Shown here in pieces: positions 1 to 11,154 of a DNA stretch of 64,000 bases. Origin of the DNA: Naegleria gruberi (Eukaryota). The stretch lies in NCBI GenBank assembly GCA_000004985.1, contig GG738852.1; one strand, 5' to 3'. Each line of letters opens with the position of its first letter. Position 1 is the first letter of the stretch. Under the pieces are notes generated by a model. The model saw nothing but the letters and a program-made list of their open reading frames with translations, was not told the DNA's origin and made no database searches. The position numbers and the translations under genes are program-made.

Positions 1-1262
1 CATTTTTAGATTTTGTGAAACAAGCTCTCAACTCTAAAAATCCAATAAGGGAAGATATTGCAAAATTTGCAGTCTCTGAAGAACAAATTCAAAAAAATCA
101 GGATAGAGGAAAGGATATTTATCAAAGTTTTGCAGAGGTAGCTCCAAATACAGCAGATCCTAAATTGAATATTTTTCATTTGACCATAACACCAAGAAGA
201 TTCAATCCAAGACATAATGCTCTTGTGAGAGGATACGAATATGTTTTGCCGTTTGAAATTATTACCAATCTTATTTCCAAGTTTGACACCTCAAATACTA
301 AGCTCAGTAACTTGATGGAATTGAGTGGATTGACCCCACAAAAGCCATTATCAACTCTAAATGACACTGAAAAACTCAATCTTGCTTCCATAATTTGCAA
401 CAAGTTGAATACAATTTTGAATCAATATCAAGGCACTCACTCATTCCATAATTTTACTGTAAAGGGAGAAAATAATGAAACATTTGAGAGATTGATTTTT
501 CACTGCTATGCCAAGCCAACTCTAATTACTATTGATGGAACAACTCATACAGTTATTAAATTCAAGATATCTGGTAATGGATTCCTTCAGCATCAAATTA
601 GAAAAATGATTTCCAGTAGTGTTTTGAACTTGATAGCTCCAGAAATTGTGGATCAGGAATATGTTGACTTTGCCATCGAAACGAGGCAAAAAATTTACTT
701 GAGTAAAGTACCAGGGGAGCATCTTATCCACACAAGGACAATCCTTCTCGATGAAGCTATTGAGAAGTTGTACGTGAATAATTGTAGAGAAAAGCAAATT
801 GCCTACAAGAATAACATTCTCTATCCAGAAATACTTAGCAAGCATAAAGATTATTTGGAAGAAACTTGGAATATGTATGCTCAGGAAATTATGGACTATG
901 GAAATGAGTGGCTGGAGGGAAAGGATAAGGTTAAAAATCAAGCAAGAGAAGAAATTGAAAAAGCAAATAATAGAGCAATTGAAAAAGCACAAAGAGAAAT
1001 GATTATTAGGAGGAAACTTTTGGATCAAGGTACTCCATTAAATGAAGACAAGGTTCTTCCAAGAGGTTACAGAGCTCACTTTTATGTCAAGTTTAAAGTT
1101 TACCCAACCGATGCCAAGGCAGCCAATGCTCTTAATACTCTCGTAGAATGGACTCTTGCAAAGAAAATTGACCTCTTCTCAGAATATGAACCACTCGATT
1201 CAATTGTTGTCTCGGAAGGGTTAATGGATCCAAATGAAATTCTTCATGGTGAGGAGTTATAA
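1..1262 (+). CDS. tRNA pseudouridine synthase, TruA/Pus1 family, C-terminal part; 5' end lies outside the window
   Basis: Frame is open from position 1. Motif YQGTHSFHNFT matches the Pus1-type GTHNFHNFT box. A basic/acidic C-terminal tail follows. The ORF-track start at 15 is GTG, not a real start. Confidence 0.55.
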   Translation, partial: FLDFVKQALNSKNPIREDIAKFAVSEEQIQKNQDRGKDIYQSFAEVAPNTADPKLNIFHLTITPRRFNPRHNALVRGYEYVLPFEIITNLISKFDTSNTKLSNLMELSGLTPQKPLSTLNDTEKLNLASIICNKLNTILNQYQGTHSFHNFTVKGENNETFERLIFHCYAKPTLITIDGTTHTVIKFKISGNGFLQHQIRKMISSSVLNLIAPEIVDQEYVDFAIETRQKIYLSKVPGEHLIHTRTILLDEAIEKLYVNNCREKQIAYKNNILYPEILSKHKDYLEETWNMYAQEIMDYGNEWLEGKDKVKNQAREEIEKANNRAIEKAQREMIIRRKLLDQGTPLNEDKVLPRGYRAHFYVKFKVYPTDAKAANALNTLVEWTLAKKIDLFSEYEPLDSIVVSEGLMDPNEILHGEEL

Positions 1263-1308
1263 ATTTTTGTTGAAATCAACTAAGAAATATGATGGAAACT
1301 GAAATAAT

Positions 1309-3147
1309 TTATTCTTGTTGTTGATTCTTTAAAAATCTTTCATACTTTTCATAGTAAAGAGTATTGTCTGAATATTTTCTTCCTCCGTTATGTTCACAAA
1401 CCTGAATGAGTTTTTCAAATAACTCCTTAGCTTGAGTTGTATTCTTCAAAGTATTCATTGAGAATTTTGCATATTGATAAAGACTATTCTTCACAGCTGT
1501 GAATTCGTGGAATTCATCAGACAAGTCGAAATTACAAGCTTTCTTAAAGTGAGTTTCAGCCAATTTGAAATTTTCAAGTTTGACAAGAGTCAGTGCCAAA
1601 TTAGAGTGAACCTCCAAAGAATCTGAATCAAGTTCCAAAGCTCTTTGATACATGCTCTTAGCTTCCTCATATTTACCTTCTTCGAATAAGAATGAAGCAT
1701 AATTATTGAATAAATTAACGTGAGAGTCATTTGGAGCAATCTTTTCGTGTTCATCATAGGCCTTAACAGCTTCATCGAAAGCCTTCTTGGCATCAATGTT
1801 ATTTCCACACATTCTTTCAGAGACAGCATAGTTCATCAAGATGGCACAGGATTGGAATGGATTGAGTTGGAGTGATCTCTTCAAATTGTCTCTTGCTCTC
1901 TTAAATATGGCGCTAGAATTCTTTGGATCGTTAACTGCTTGAGCCATTGACACCATACCATAACTAGACATGGACATGTAATCATTTGGTACAATTGACA
2001 TGGCTTGTTCTAATAATTTAGTAGCTTCCTCAACATCTCCTTCTTCTTCAAACAAATACATGGCATAATTTCTCAAATTGTTAACATGAGTTGGTTTAGC
2101 AGCGATAGCATCAATAAAGAATTGTTTAGCTCTCAAGAGGTCACGTTTAACATTTCTATAGAAGACAGCAATATCACCCATAACATCAGGATCATTTGGA
2201 TTGTATTGAGCAAGGAGTAAGTAGCACTTTTCTGCCATTTCAATATCTCCAGTATACTCATAAATAGTTGCCAACATTAAAATACTTCTCTCATCACTTG
2301 GCTTTGAGACCATTGAACGCAAGACGTATGATTCAGAGAGTTCAAAATTTCTCAAAGTTTCATCATGGAAATAAATCATGGCCAAACACATGGATGAAAT
2401 AAAGTCAACTCTCAAAATACGTTCTGAAAGGTCAGCAATATTCGTAATTCCATATTTTTCAGCCAAAATCTTCTTGGCTTCATCAGTTTCAATTAATTCG
2501 GCTATTCTTTCCTTAATCTTTGCTAAAAGCTTATTATTACCATGAGGTGAGTGTTCGAGTGCGTTCTTAACATATTCAGATGATTTAAATCTCTTCAAGA
2601 AAAGTTCCTTATATAATTTAGTTGATTCCAATAATAATTCCACACACAATTGTCTATCTTGTCCATCAGGTTTACAGCTTTGTCCATAATATCCATAGAG
2701 AATGCAATCAATAAGCATGTCATATTTAGTTCTTACAGAGGCCTTCTTGAGTCCTAACTTCTCTTCTCTTGGCAAAATTTGTGTATGCCATGATCTCAAA
2801 TAAAGTTTGGCACTATCAACATCTCCATGTTTAGAGAATAAACGAAAAACTGCTTCAATAACTTCTTTCTTTGCTTCTCCCAATTCAAATTCTCCAAAAA
2901 CAACTTCCTTTGGTTGTTCAGATTCAACATTATTGGATACTAATTTTGAAGTGTGGAATGCTCTGGTTTGGAAAAGTTGATTTGAAGAAGGAATGAATTT
3001 AATTGCTTTGCCACCATATTGTTGAGTGATGATATTATTGGATCCAATCAAAATTGATGAGGCCTCTCTTCCGTGATGCTGACCACTCTTCAAAAAGCGA
3101 AAAGCAGAGGAAGAACAAAGGCGTGAGGATAATCTCTTTCCTAACAT
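1309..3147 (-). CDS. TPR repeat-containing protein, 612 aa, possible mitochondrial presequence
   Basis: ATG at 3147-3145. Multiple 34-aa TPR-like repeats with W/Y/A/F/P spacing, e.g. AKQFFIDAIAAKPTHVNNLRNYAMYLFEE. N-terminus is R/S-rich (MLGKRLSSRLCSSSAFRF). Confidence 0.6.
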   Translation of the reverse strand: MLGKRLSSRLCSSSAFRFLKSGQHHGREASSILIGSNNIITQQYGGKAIKFIPSSNQLFQTRAFHTSKLVSNNVESEQPKEVVFGEFELGEAKKEVIEAVFRLFSKHGDVDSAKLYLRSWHTQILPREEKLGLKKASVRTKYDMLIDCILYGYYGQSCKPDGQDRQLCVELLLESTKLYKELFLKRFKSSEYVKNALEHSPHGNNKLLAKIKERIAELIETDEAKKILAEKYGITNIADLSERILRVDFISSMCLAMIYFHDETLRNFELSESYVLRSMVSKPSDERSILMLATIYEYTGDIEMAEKCYLLLAQYNPNDPDVMGDIAVFYRNVKRDLLRAKQFFIDAIAAKPTHVNNLRNYAMYLFEEEGDVEEATKLLEQAMSIVPNDYMSMSSYGMVSMAQAVNDPKNSSAIFKRARDNLKRSLQLNPFQSCAILMNYAVSERMCGNNIDAKKAFDEAVKAYDEHEKIAPNDSHVNLFNNYASFLFEEGKYEEAKSMYQRALELDSDSLEVHSNLALTLVKLENFKLAETHFKKACNFDLSDEFHEFTAVKNSLYQYAKFSMNTLKNTTQAKELFEKLIQVCEHNGGRKYSDNTLYYEKYERFLKNQQQE

Positions 3148-3290
3148 TTTTTTTGTATTATTAATAATATTATTATTGTTTATTATTGTTTATTATTAGA
3201 AGGGTTCAATGAAAGTCATGTAACAATAATAAACTAGTTAAATAATATTTAATAACATGCAATAATAATAATAATTTAATTTTATTGGAT

Positions 3291-3580
3291 TTATTCAATC
3301 TTCTTAGACTTCTTCTTTGGAGTAGAAGTGGATGGGGAGGACTTACCAGCCTTTCTTTCTTCATCTCTCTTGGCATAGATCATTGCAGTGAATGGTTCTT
3401 CGAACAAACAAGCAAACTTGTACATGACAAAGACACAGATAGCCATTAAAATACCAGCTGGTGATGACTTAACCAAGGAGTGACCAAGGAACCATAAAGT
3501 AGAACCATTGTACATTGGATTGTCAGTAACATTGAATGGGAAAGAGGTAATTCTATCTTCCATGAGAATACCAAAGTAGT
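3291..3580 (-). CDS. phospholipid (phosphatidylethanolamine) N-methyltransferase-like protein, exon 2
   Basis: Acceptor ttaatag at 3587-3581. Joins exon 1 in phase 1, giving ...GTYLG-D-YFGILMEDRIT...NVTDNPMYNGS..EEPFTAMIY. This resembles the PEMT/PLMT motifs (xDxPxY, EE...Y). K/S-rich tail. Confidence 0.5.
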
Positions 3581-3676
3581 CTATTAATTATTATTATTAT
3601 TAAATTTGCCACAATAGTATATTATCATCATGATAACAACAAGAAGATAAATACAACAAGTGAAAATAAAACATAC

Positions 3677-4028
3677 CACCAAGATAAGTACCAGTAATAC
3701 CCAATTGATAATAGGCACCCATAACAAGGAGAGAACCGATAACTTGCAAAGCATAACCACCATACATAATTTCAGTAGCATATTGGGAAGCAAAGATTGG
3801 TTGAGTTTCGAGAGCCTTATTGAAAATATAATCTCTGAACAAGGAGAAGCCGAAAACATAAACAGCCAAAATATAACATCCCAAATACTTGTTTCCACAG
3901 GCCAATTTAGTGAGCAAGTGAGTATAATATTCGATACGAGCCAAAATGTTCCAAATAATTGGAGTGATAATGATCACACCAATTGAAATGAACAAATTCT
4001 TATCGGAAAAGTCGATTAATTGATCCAT
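3677..4028 (-). CDS. phospholipid N-methyltransferase-like protein, exon 1 (multi-pass membrane)
   Basis: First true ATG at 4028-4026 (MDQLIDF). The ORF-track start at 4064 is TTG. Donor gtatgt at 3676-3671. Hydrophobic TM segments. Intron 3581-3676 is 96 nt. Confidence 0.5.
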
Positions 4029-4270
4029 TGTGATGATGAGGATATTTTTTGTTCGCTTTTGCAAAATTTGTGTTCAACTTTTTTCCGCTATTTTGTGAAG
4101 ATTGGATGACGTCATGTGAAATCACCTATTGAATTGATTGGATAACGCTCACAAACGATATTGGTTCCAATTTTTATTAATTATTGTTAATAAAACAATA
4201 ATGAACATAAATATATATGTTGAATTGTTTTGAGTGCAAATAATAAGGAATGTTATGGTACTCCCAACGA

Positions 4271-4351
4271 GCGGTCTTGACCGAGTGGTTAAGGTGATTG
4301 ACTAGAAATCAATTGGGGCGACCCGCACAGGTTCGAATCCTGTAGACCGCG
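4271..4351 (+). tRNA. tRNA-Ser(AGA): tRNA-Ser (anticodon AGA)
   Basis: Perfect 7-bp acceptor stem GCGGTCT/AGACCGC. D-arm GCCGAGTGGTTAAGG-type. Anticodon loop CTAGAAA. Long variable arm GGGGCGACCCGC. T-arm ACAGG-TTCGAAT-CCTGT. Discriminator G. Followed by a T6 Pol III terminator at 4354-4359. Confidence 0.85.
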
Positions 4352-4503
4352 AATTTTTTGATTATGCTCAAAATGATGCAATTTTCCTTTGCCTCACCTT
4401 TCATAGTTGTTAGTGTTGTGCGTACAAATGTCCAATTTCTTAGTTCCCTTAAAAAGTCCTCAAAACAAACTTCCCGCCATCTCATGAAAGAGATTTAAAA
4501 AAA

Positions 4504-4755
4504 ATGGGTTATACAGCTACAGCTCCACCTCAATCACAAGTTGCAAGACATCCAGTGATTCAAGGTTTGATCGATTTTTTGCAAAGTCCATTCTGGATTA
4601 ACCCAATTCAAAGTTTTATCGATGAAAATTGTCTTGTATTTGGAGGTGAAGACGAAAATTGTTTAGAACATACAAGTGTTCATGAAAAGTTTAGAGAATT
4701 AATTGAAAACTTGCTCGAATTCCTTGTCGGAGAGATGAATCTGAGTCATGAAGAT
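4504..4755 (+). CDS. ARL2-binding protein (BART/ARL2BP)-like domain protein with UIMs and E-R/K helix, exon 1
   Basis: ATG at 4504. FIDENCLVFGGEDENCLEHTSVHEKFRELIENLLEFL parallels ARL2BP FMDKYYLEFEDTEENKLIYTPIFNEYISLVEKYIEEQL. Donor gtaagt at 4756. Confidence 0.6.
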
Positions 4756-4806
4756 GTAAGTGTATTATTTGTACAGAACATTATTTAAACTGAATGATGA
4801 AAACAG

Positions 4807-4946
4807 TTCATCAAGGCTCTTCAATCAGAAACCAATGATGAAACACTCGGACAAGCTCTTGAACACATTATGGCTATGGATGACTTTTTGAGTTTCAAAA
4901 AGATTATGGAGAGAAGAAATTTACAATTGGAATATGAAACAATAGA
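4807..4946 (+). CDS. ARL2BP-like protein, exon 2
   Basis: Acceptor aaacag at 4801-4806. EHIMAMDDFLSFKKIMERRN matches the ARL2BP C-terminal helix. Donor gtatgt at 4947, phase 2. Confidence 0.55.
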
Positions 4947-4987
4947 GTATGTATTCAATCTTGCATTATACTTACTAAAATAATAAG

Positions 4988-5258
4988 GGAAATGAAAAAG
5001 AGTACCGAGCCAACAACATCTGATGAGTCTAATGAAGATGAAGAACTTCAAAGAGTGTTGGAATTATCTAAGCAAGAGCATGAAGAAAATTTGAAAAGAG
5101 AAAAATCCGTCTCTGAAAGAGAAGAGTATGAAATGGCTGTCGGAGCTTCATTATCAGAACAAGAAAAGTACTTGCAAGAAAGTCAAAGAAGACTCGAACA
5201 AGCTGAACTTGAAATGGCTATTGCCATCTCCTTGTCACTCCAAGAAGAACAAAAGAGA
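4988..5258 (+). CDS. ARL2BP-like protein, exon 3 (two ubiquitin-interacting-motif-like segments)
   Basis: Acceptor aataag at 4982-4987. UIM-like EDEELQRVLELSKQE and AELEMAIAISLSLQEE. Donor gtaagt at 5259. Confidence 0.55.
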
Positions 5259-5306
5259 GTAAGTTTTTCCAGAATATCAGTAACCATTCTTATCATTGAT
5301 CTTTAG

Positions 5307-5890
5307 AGAGAAATGGAAGAAGAAGCTGAAACACTCAGAGTTCAACAAATTGAAGAAGAAAGAAGAAGACAAGATGAGGAAGAAGAAAAGAAACGCCAAG
5401 AGGAAAGAAGATTGGAAGAAGAAAGACAAACGAAACTTCTCCAACAAGTCATGGAGGAGGAAGAAAGAAGAAAGCTTCAAGAACAACTTGAAAGAGAAAG
5501 AAAGGAAAGAGAAGAACAAGAAAGAATCAAGAGAGAAGAGGAACGTTTAAGACTCGAACAATTGAAGAGAGAAGAGGAAATGAGAAGAGAAGAACAAAGA
5601 AAGTTGGAAGAAGCTAGAAGAATCGAGGAAGAAAACAAGAGAAAGGAACAAGAGCAAAAGCTTTTGGAATTGAAGAAACAAGAAGAAGAATCCAAAAAGG
5701 TTCCTGAAGTCAAACCAGAAACTTTCAACTTTAATTTCAGAACCACCAGTAAATCTGAAAAGGAAATTAAGGAAGAATTAGATAGAATTCAAAAGGAAAG
5801 AGAACTTCTCCAAAAATTAATGGCTGAAAAGGAAAAGCAAAAAGAAGAAACAGCTGCCAAGATTTTGGCTAACAATACTACTCCTGAAAG
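5307..5890 (+). CDS. ARL2BP-like protein, exon 4 (about 190-aa E-R/K-rich single alpha-helix/coiled-coil segment)
   Basis: Acceptor ctttag at 5301-5306. EEERRRQDEEEEKKRQEERRLEEERQ... periodicity. Donor gtacgt at 5891. Confidence 0.6.
5313..5700 (+). repeat. GAA/AGA/AAG-rich coding microsatellite-like repeat encoding the E-R/K helix
   Basis: Runs of gaagaa/agaaga triplets across exon 4. Confidence 0.5.
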
Positions 5891-5931
5891 GTACGTTTTT
5901 GTTCATATTTAATCTCAAACTTTTCAAATAG

Positions 5932-6469
5932 TGCAACCATCAAGAAAGAAATCAAGGAGGGTAAGGAGAGGCTTGTTGAAAAGAAAAAGCAAGAAAGAGA
6001 AGAAAGACTTAAAGAATTCAAGATGAAGCTCACCTTGAAGAAGATTAACACAACTGACAATAGTCCAAAATCAGTCACAGCTTCTCCAACATTCTCAAGC
6101 TCTGCTTCCTCACCAGTTTCATCTGTTGACATTACTACTCCAAAAATCTCAAAGCCTATTGTTTCTCCAATTGTCGTTTCTGCTACCACCTTCACCGAAA
6201 GCCCAGTTCAAACACCAAAGAGTGATTCATCATCCGATGATAGTGATTCAAAGAAGAGAATGATTAGAGAGGCTCTTTCAAAGAGAGTCAAGGACGATCT
6301 CCTCAGACAATCTCAACCAATTTTGGAGCAGCCAAAAACAACTCAACAACAATCTCAAGCACTTCCTGTACAAAATAATGATCACTTGCGATCACTCCTT
6401 AATAATGTTGTTAGAAACTTGAAAAAGACTGTGGATGAAGAAGATTTCCACTTTTCTGAAACCAAGTAA
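5932..6469 (+). CDS. ARL2BP-like protein, exon 5 (S/T/P-rich tail)
   Basis: Acceptor caaatag at 5925-5931. The frame connects to ORF 6023-6469. Stop TAA at 6467-6469. The five-exon CDS is 1785 nt in frame. Confidence 0.5.
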
Positions 6470-6492
6470 GTCAATAAAGAATGAGATGATCT

Positions 6493-7131
6493 TTATTTCT
6501 TTGATGCACCAACCGATATGGCAGCAACTTCAAGACTCACTATAACAATTGAAAAAACTATATTAACTACAAGAGTAATCAGGAATGCAATCCATGCATA
6601 CCTTCCAACTCTTTGTGTCTTCTTATCCTTCTTATTAGCATATTTTAACAAGCGAATGAAGGGAAGACACGAAAGAAAGAACAGCCCAAATAAACTAAGC
6701 ACTATAGATATTACAACCATTTTTGGAAATTGTGCTTTTGCTATTTTTCTTTCTTGCAATTCCTTCTCTTTTTCAATATTCTCCTTGATAAAATTGGCTC
6801 CCTCTGACTTTTCTTGGGTTCCTATAATTTGAATGTTTTCAAAATTGAGATTGGATGGTAATGAGTGTCTACGTTGACCCAATGTTTCTCTTCTTCCATA
6901 TTTCAGTTCTTCATCATTAACAATAGTCATTCTAAAGTTGTTGTTTGGTCGATCTCTTTGGCTGCCACTATTGAATGAATTATCAAAATAAGAACCAACT
7001 CCGTATGAGAATAGAAATGGGTTTTGACTTGGTTGAGTTGTTCCACAACTCGAATCGAGAGGGTTTAGCAGAAACTCTTGGGAAGAAATTGGTAAGCTAC
7101 TGGCAGGAACTGAATCACTTGATTGCATCAT
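6493..7131 (-). CDS. hypothetical small membrane protein with two C-terminal TM helices
   Basis: ATG at 7131-7129. S/N/Q-rich N-terminus. Hydrophobic stretches VVISIVLSLFGLFFLSCLPF and AWIAFLITLVVNIVFSIVIV. Confidence 0.45.
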   Translation of the reverse strand: MMQSSDSVPASSLPISSQEFLLNPLDSSCGTTQPSQNPFLFSYGVGSYFDNSFNSGSQRDRPNNNFRMTIVNDEELKYGRRETLGQRRHSLPSNLNFENIQIIGTQEKSEGANFIKENIEKEKELQERKIAKAQFPKMVVISIVLSLFGLFFLSCLPFIRLLKYANKKDKKTQRVGRYAWIAFLITLVVNIVFSIVIVSLEVAAISVGASKK

Positions 7132-7262
7132 TTTTTATTGTTTGGTTAGAGTTCAGAATGTTCTGATATCAATACATTTCACCTTTCTTTCCTTGAAGAT
7201 TGAAACGTTAAAAGAAGAAAAAGTAAAAATGGTCATTATTCAATTTTAAAAGTTTAATATAA

Positions 7263-9747
7263 TTATTCCTTTCTAATGTAGAACAAAACATAGTTAGAAG
7301 AGGCTTTGATTGATTCTGGATTGTGCACTTCAGAAGAACGAGAATCATCAAATTTGTACCACTTTCCATCAATATGATTCTTAGCACATGCAGTATAGTG
7401 ACCTCCACCCAAACCACCAAAGTGATCAGAGACAGCAAACAAATCATACTTCAAATTCAAATCTTTACAATGAACAAAGGAACTAATATCTAAATCTTGG
7501 ATTGGATAATCAATAAAACGATCAATCTTGTCTCTACTATAGGAAGAGAAGGAGAATCTCTTTAAATGAACAACCAAAACATCAGGAGCTTTCCAAATAT
7601 CAAATTTCTTAGTTGCTTCTACATGTTCCTTGCAGCTTGGACAGTACCAAGTATCGTTTGCTCCAAGCTTTTCCTTTGATGTATACAAATCCAAACATTG
7701 ATAAATATTGATGGCTTCACTTTGAGAAATCTTTTGCTTGGTTGATGGGTGTTCCTTGAATCTAGGAAGCTTTTCATAATCCAACATCTTGTCGTGGAAG
7801 AAGGCTGGAATGTGCATAAAGATCGACTTCTTTTCAGTTCTAGCACTGCTATATTTTGGAGCGTAAGGCTTGAATTCAGTTTCATCACAAAGTAAGGCAC
7901 CATCAAAACTACGATCATTGACCTCAAGTCTGCCTCCTTCTTGGTCGAATAAATAGAATATGGAGATATTTTCTTCAACATTTTCTCCAGACTTCAAGGC
8001 TTCAAGCTTTTCTTTAGATGGCAAGAAGTCTTTGAAAGTTAAATTACGTTCCTTCATAGTTTGTTCGATTTCTGCAGCAAATTCATCCTTAACATATCTA
8101 AGCATGTATTGGAAACAATATTCGTAGAGATCTTCATGAGTTGGAACACTGACTTCTTTATCTTCCTTCTTTTCCTCGAAAATTTGTCCCAAAGGAACAA
8201 CAAAAGGTGTACCAATAATTTGGAAGGACTTTCTACCATATTGATTTGCAGTGTGAGAGGACAAGCTGACTTGCAAGAATGGCAATTGTTGTTGAGTGTT
8301 GGAATAGGTTTGTCTGTACAATGAGTGAACATTCTTAGGAAGATTATTCAATTTTTCAACTGCCTTTCCAGATGTTACAAAGTTGGAAACGATTACTTCG
8401 GATGCCTTTGGCAAAATTTGACAGTGAATAATGTCTGCATCTAGAATACCTGAAATAGAGTCACCATCAGAAAGATACTTGTAGACCTTGTTGCTGAAAA
8501 TTTCGTACAATACGCATCTATCATGATCTTCGTTTGTGTTCAAGCCCAAAAGTTCCAAAACATTATCTCTGAGTTGAGAGACTGAACCAGTCTTGGAAAC
8601 TTTACATGTGAGTCTGGTTGGCATGTTGCTAAGCTTTGAAAGATCAGAATCAAGAGTTGACTCAACTTCATTAGGGAAGGTAGAATTGGAAAATACCATA
8701 ACATTAATCAATCTGTTCTTTTCAATTGGGATTGGTAATGACAAATACATGAAAGGATCAAAAATAATAGAAAAATTATCACATTTTGGACAATGAAGTG
8801 TTGACTTCAATTGACCTTGGAATTTGTCAACAATAATAGAATCATTACGTAATTTGTGAACATCCCAAGATTCTTGAGCAACAACAGAATCCTCTCTACC
8901 CTTAGCTTCAACTGGATTTGTGGCTGGTTTCTTTTGAATTCTATTCAAATCTTCATGTAAACCATCCAAAATGAATGAAATCAATTCTTGAGAATCTTGT
9001 TGTTGGTAGCCTGCAAATTGAGGGGCATATTTACCAATGACACGTTTAAAATCATTTGGAGAGAAATATGAATTTTCTCCTGACCACATTTCTTTCATTA
9101 AAGCACCAAATGCAAGAGCTACAGCACCACCCATACCTAATGGATTAGTTTCGTTGATTTCTTTTGAATAGTCATTTTCCAAAAAGTATCTATAGAGAAC
9201 AGGTGAGTGAGTCAAACATTGAAGACCACTGTTCATGAAACAAGTATTACCGAGATTACTCAAACCACATACTCCTGGAGGTGCACTATCGTATCTCTTC
9301 TTTTGTTGTGCTGTTGTTCCACTAATTTGAACCTTGTTATTTGTCATGGATCTAATGGCATTATATGATTCAGCAACTGGAGGTTCAATAATCCAATTTG
9401 GACCAACTTCAACAATAAATCTTTGACCAGTTTTTCGTTCAAGAGCATTTTCCAAAGTTTGATCCTCAACAACTGATAAATCAACTTCCTCGTGAGGAGA
9501 ATTGTAAATTGTTTTCCATAATTTACATTCTCTGCTTTGAATATTAAACTCTCTTTTAACTTGATCCATGACTTGCTTGATGGTGGCATTTTTGGAGAAT
9601 TCAAAGTCAACCCAATCCAGTTGATTTGATGTTGTTTGTAGAGCAACACTAATTTCACAAGGTCTTACTTCAACAGTGTATGAAATTCTGTAGGCTTCAG
9701 GGTTTTGTATAACAGATTTTCTAGGAATAGCAGGACCACCTCCAAAC
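7263..9747 (-). CDS. ubiquitin carboxyl-terminal hydrolase (USP4/USP15-like), exon 2
   Basis: Cys box GLSNLGNTCFMNSGLQCL and His box GGGHYTACAKN. Acceptor ttaaag ends at 9748. Frame continues FGGGPAIPRK... into ORF 7263-9569. Confidence 0.8.
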
Positions 9748-9789
9748 CTTTAACAATAAATTAAATAAAATAGAATGTGAATTACATAC

Positions 9790-10205
9790 CATGAGTGAAA
9801 AAGATTCCAAATATGTTCAGGTATAATTTCATAATCTTGTTGTTCTTGTACTTCGTCTTTAACTCTATAGATACCATCCGATGTTTCATCGACAAGGTGA
9901 GTGTTGTCAATAGTACCTGGAGAGATTTTTGCTGCTTCATCGAAAAACGCTGCTACCCATTTAGCATCAATGACATACCATGTTTCTCCTTCTTGTGAAG
10001 GTACTCCAGGGTGTTTAAGTAGTAATTCCTTGATATGATTAACTTTTTCATCAAGTGTAGTGGCATCACTAGATGATGTAAGTTCAGAGTCCATTGTTGT
10101 AGAGGCAGCAGCAACAGGAGCTCCTGATATATTGTTTGTTTCATCTTCCATTCTATTGTCATCACTGGCTGCAGGTGGTGCAGAGACTTGATCAGCTTGA
10201 GCCAT
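9790..10205 (-). CDS. ubiquitin carboxyl-terminal hydrolase (USP4/USP15-like), exon 1 with DUSP domain
   Basis: ATG at 10205. DUSP-type ETWYVIDAKWVAAFFDEAAK. Donor gtatgt at 9789-9784, phase 2, W codon split. Intron is 42 nt. Confidence 0.75.
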
Positions 10206-10955
10206 CTTTTCCGTATCTTTTCTGTGTTAGTAGTAGTGGTGGGAGAAAGTATAAATTGTACTAAAGATCTTGTTATGTACTAGATTATCCAGGTGAGACT
10301 TTAAAACTAGCCTGTTGATGAAGATGATGTTGGAAAAAAACAACGTCAATAAATTAATTTTGGCTAAAAACTTCGTTGTCTAGGCTAACGTTGTGATCAA
10401 ACAATTTTTTTCAAGTTAACCAGAGGAAGTTTTTTTTAGATTGGAACTTACTGTGAGCAAGCCTTGAATGTTTCTTCATGATGGAATTCAGATAATTATT
10501 GCATGGTTCAATACATCATCAATCCTTTGATAATGTTCTTCTTCAATGCAGAGTGGATGTTGGGTTACAAAATTTGAAACGAATTAAAAATTGAAAATTC
10601 TCAAAGAATCTGTTCTTGAATTGAAGATTGAGTTTCAATGTTAAGCCGTAGAAAATTTTCAATTACTAATACTATACTTTTGTAATTGTCATTTAAATGA
10701 AATTGAAGATCGAACGTTCAAGCAATATTTATTCAATTGTAATCTTGAATAAATATCCAATCTTTCATTCCAACTTTAAGGATTCTCATTATCCTACATA
10801 ACTAATACTTGAATTCTAAATAACACTTTTATTCCTATCTAGCTTGAATGGAGAGGACAAATTGATCACACTCAATTAACTGCTGATGGACTTAATATTT
10901 TGAATAAAAAACGCAAATCCATTATTATATTTTTAATTTCTTCATCTTTAAAAAA

Positions 10956-11105
10956 ATGCCAAAACACCAAAACATCTCCTACTTTTATGATGGAGATGTT
11001 GGTAATTATTACTATGGCCAAGGCCATCCAATGAAGCCACATCGTATCAAGATGACCCACAATTTGTTATTAAATTATGGACTTTATAAACATTTGGAAG
11101 TATAT
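10956..11105 (+). CDS. class I histone deacetylase (HDAC1/Rpd3-like), exon 1
   Basis: [50 protein letters not shown] is near-identical to the HDAC1 N-terminus. Donor gtaggt at 11106. Confidence 0.85.
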
Positions 11106-11154
11106 GTAGGTTTTATTATGATTGAAAATAGATTAAATTTTGTATGATGATCAG

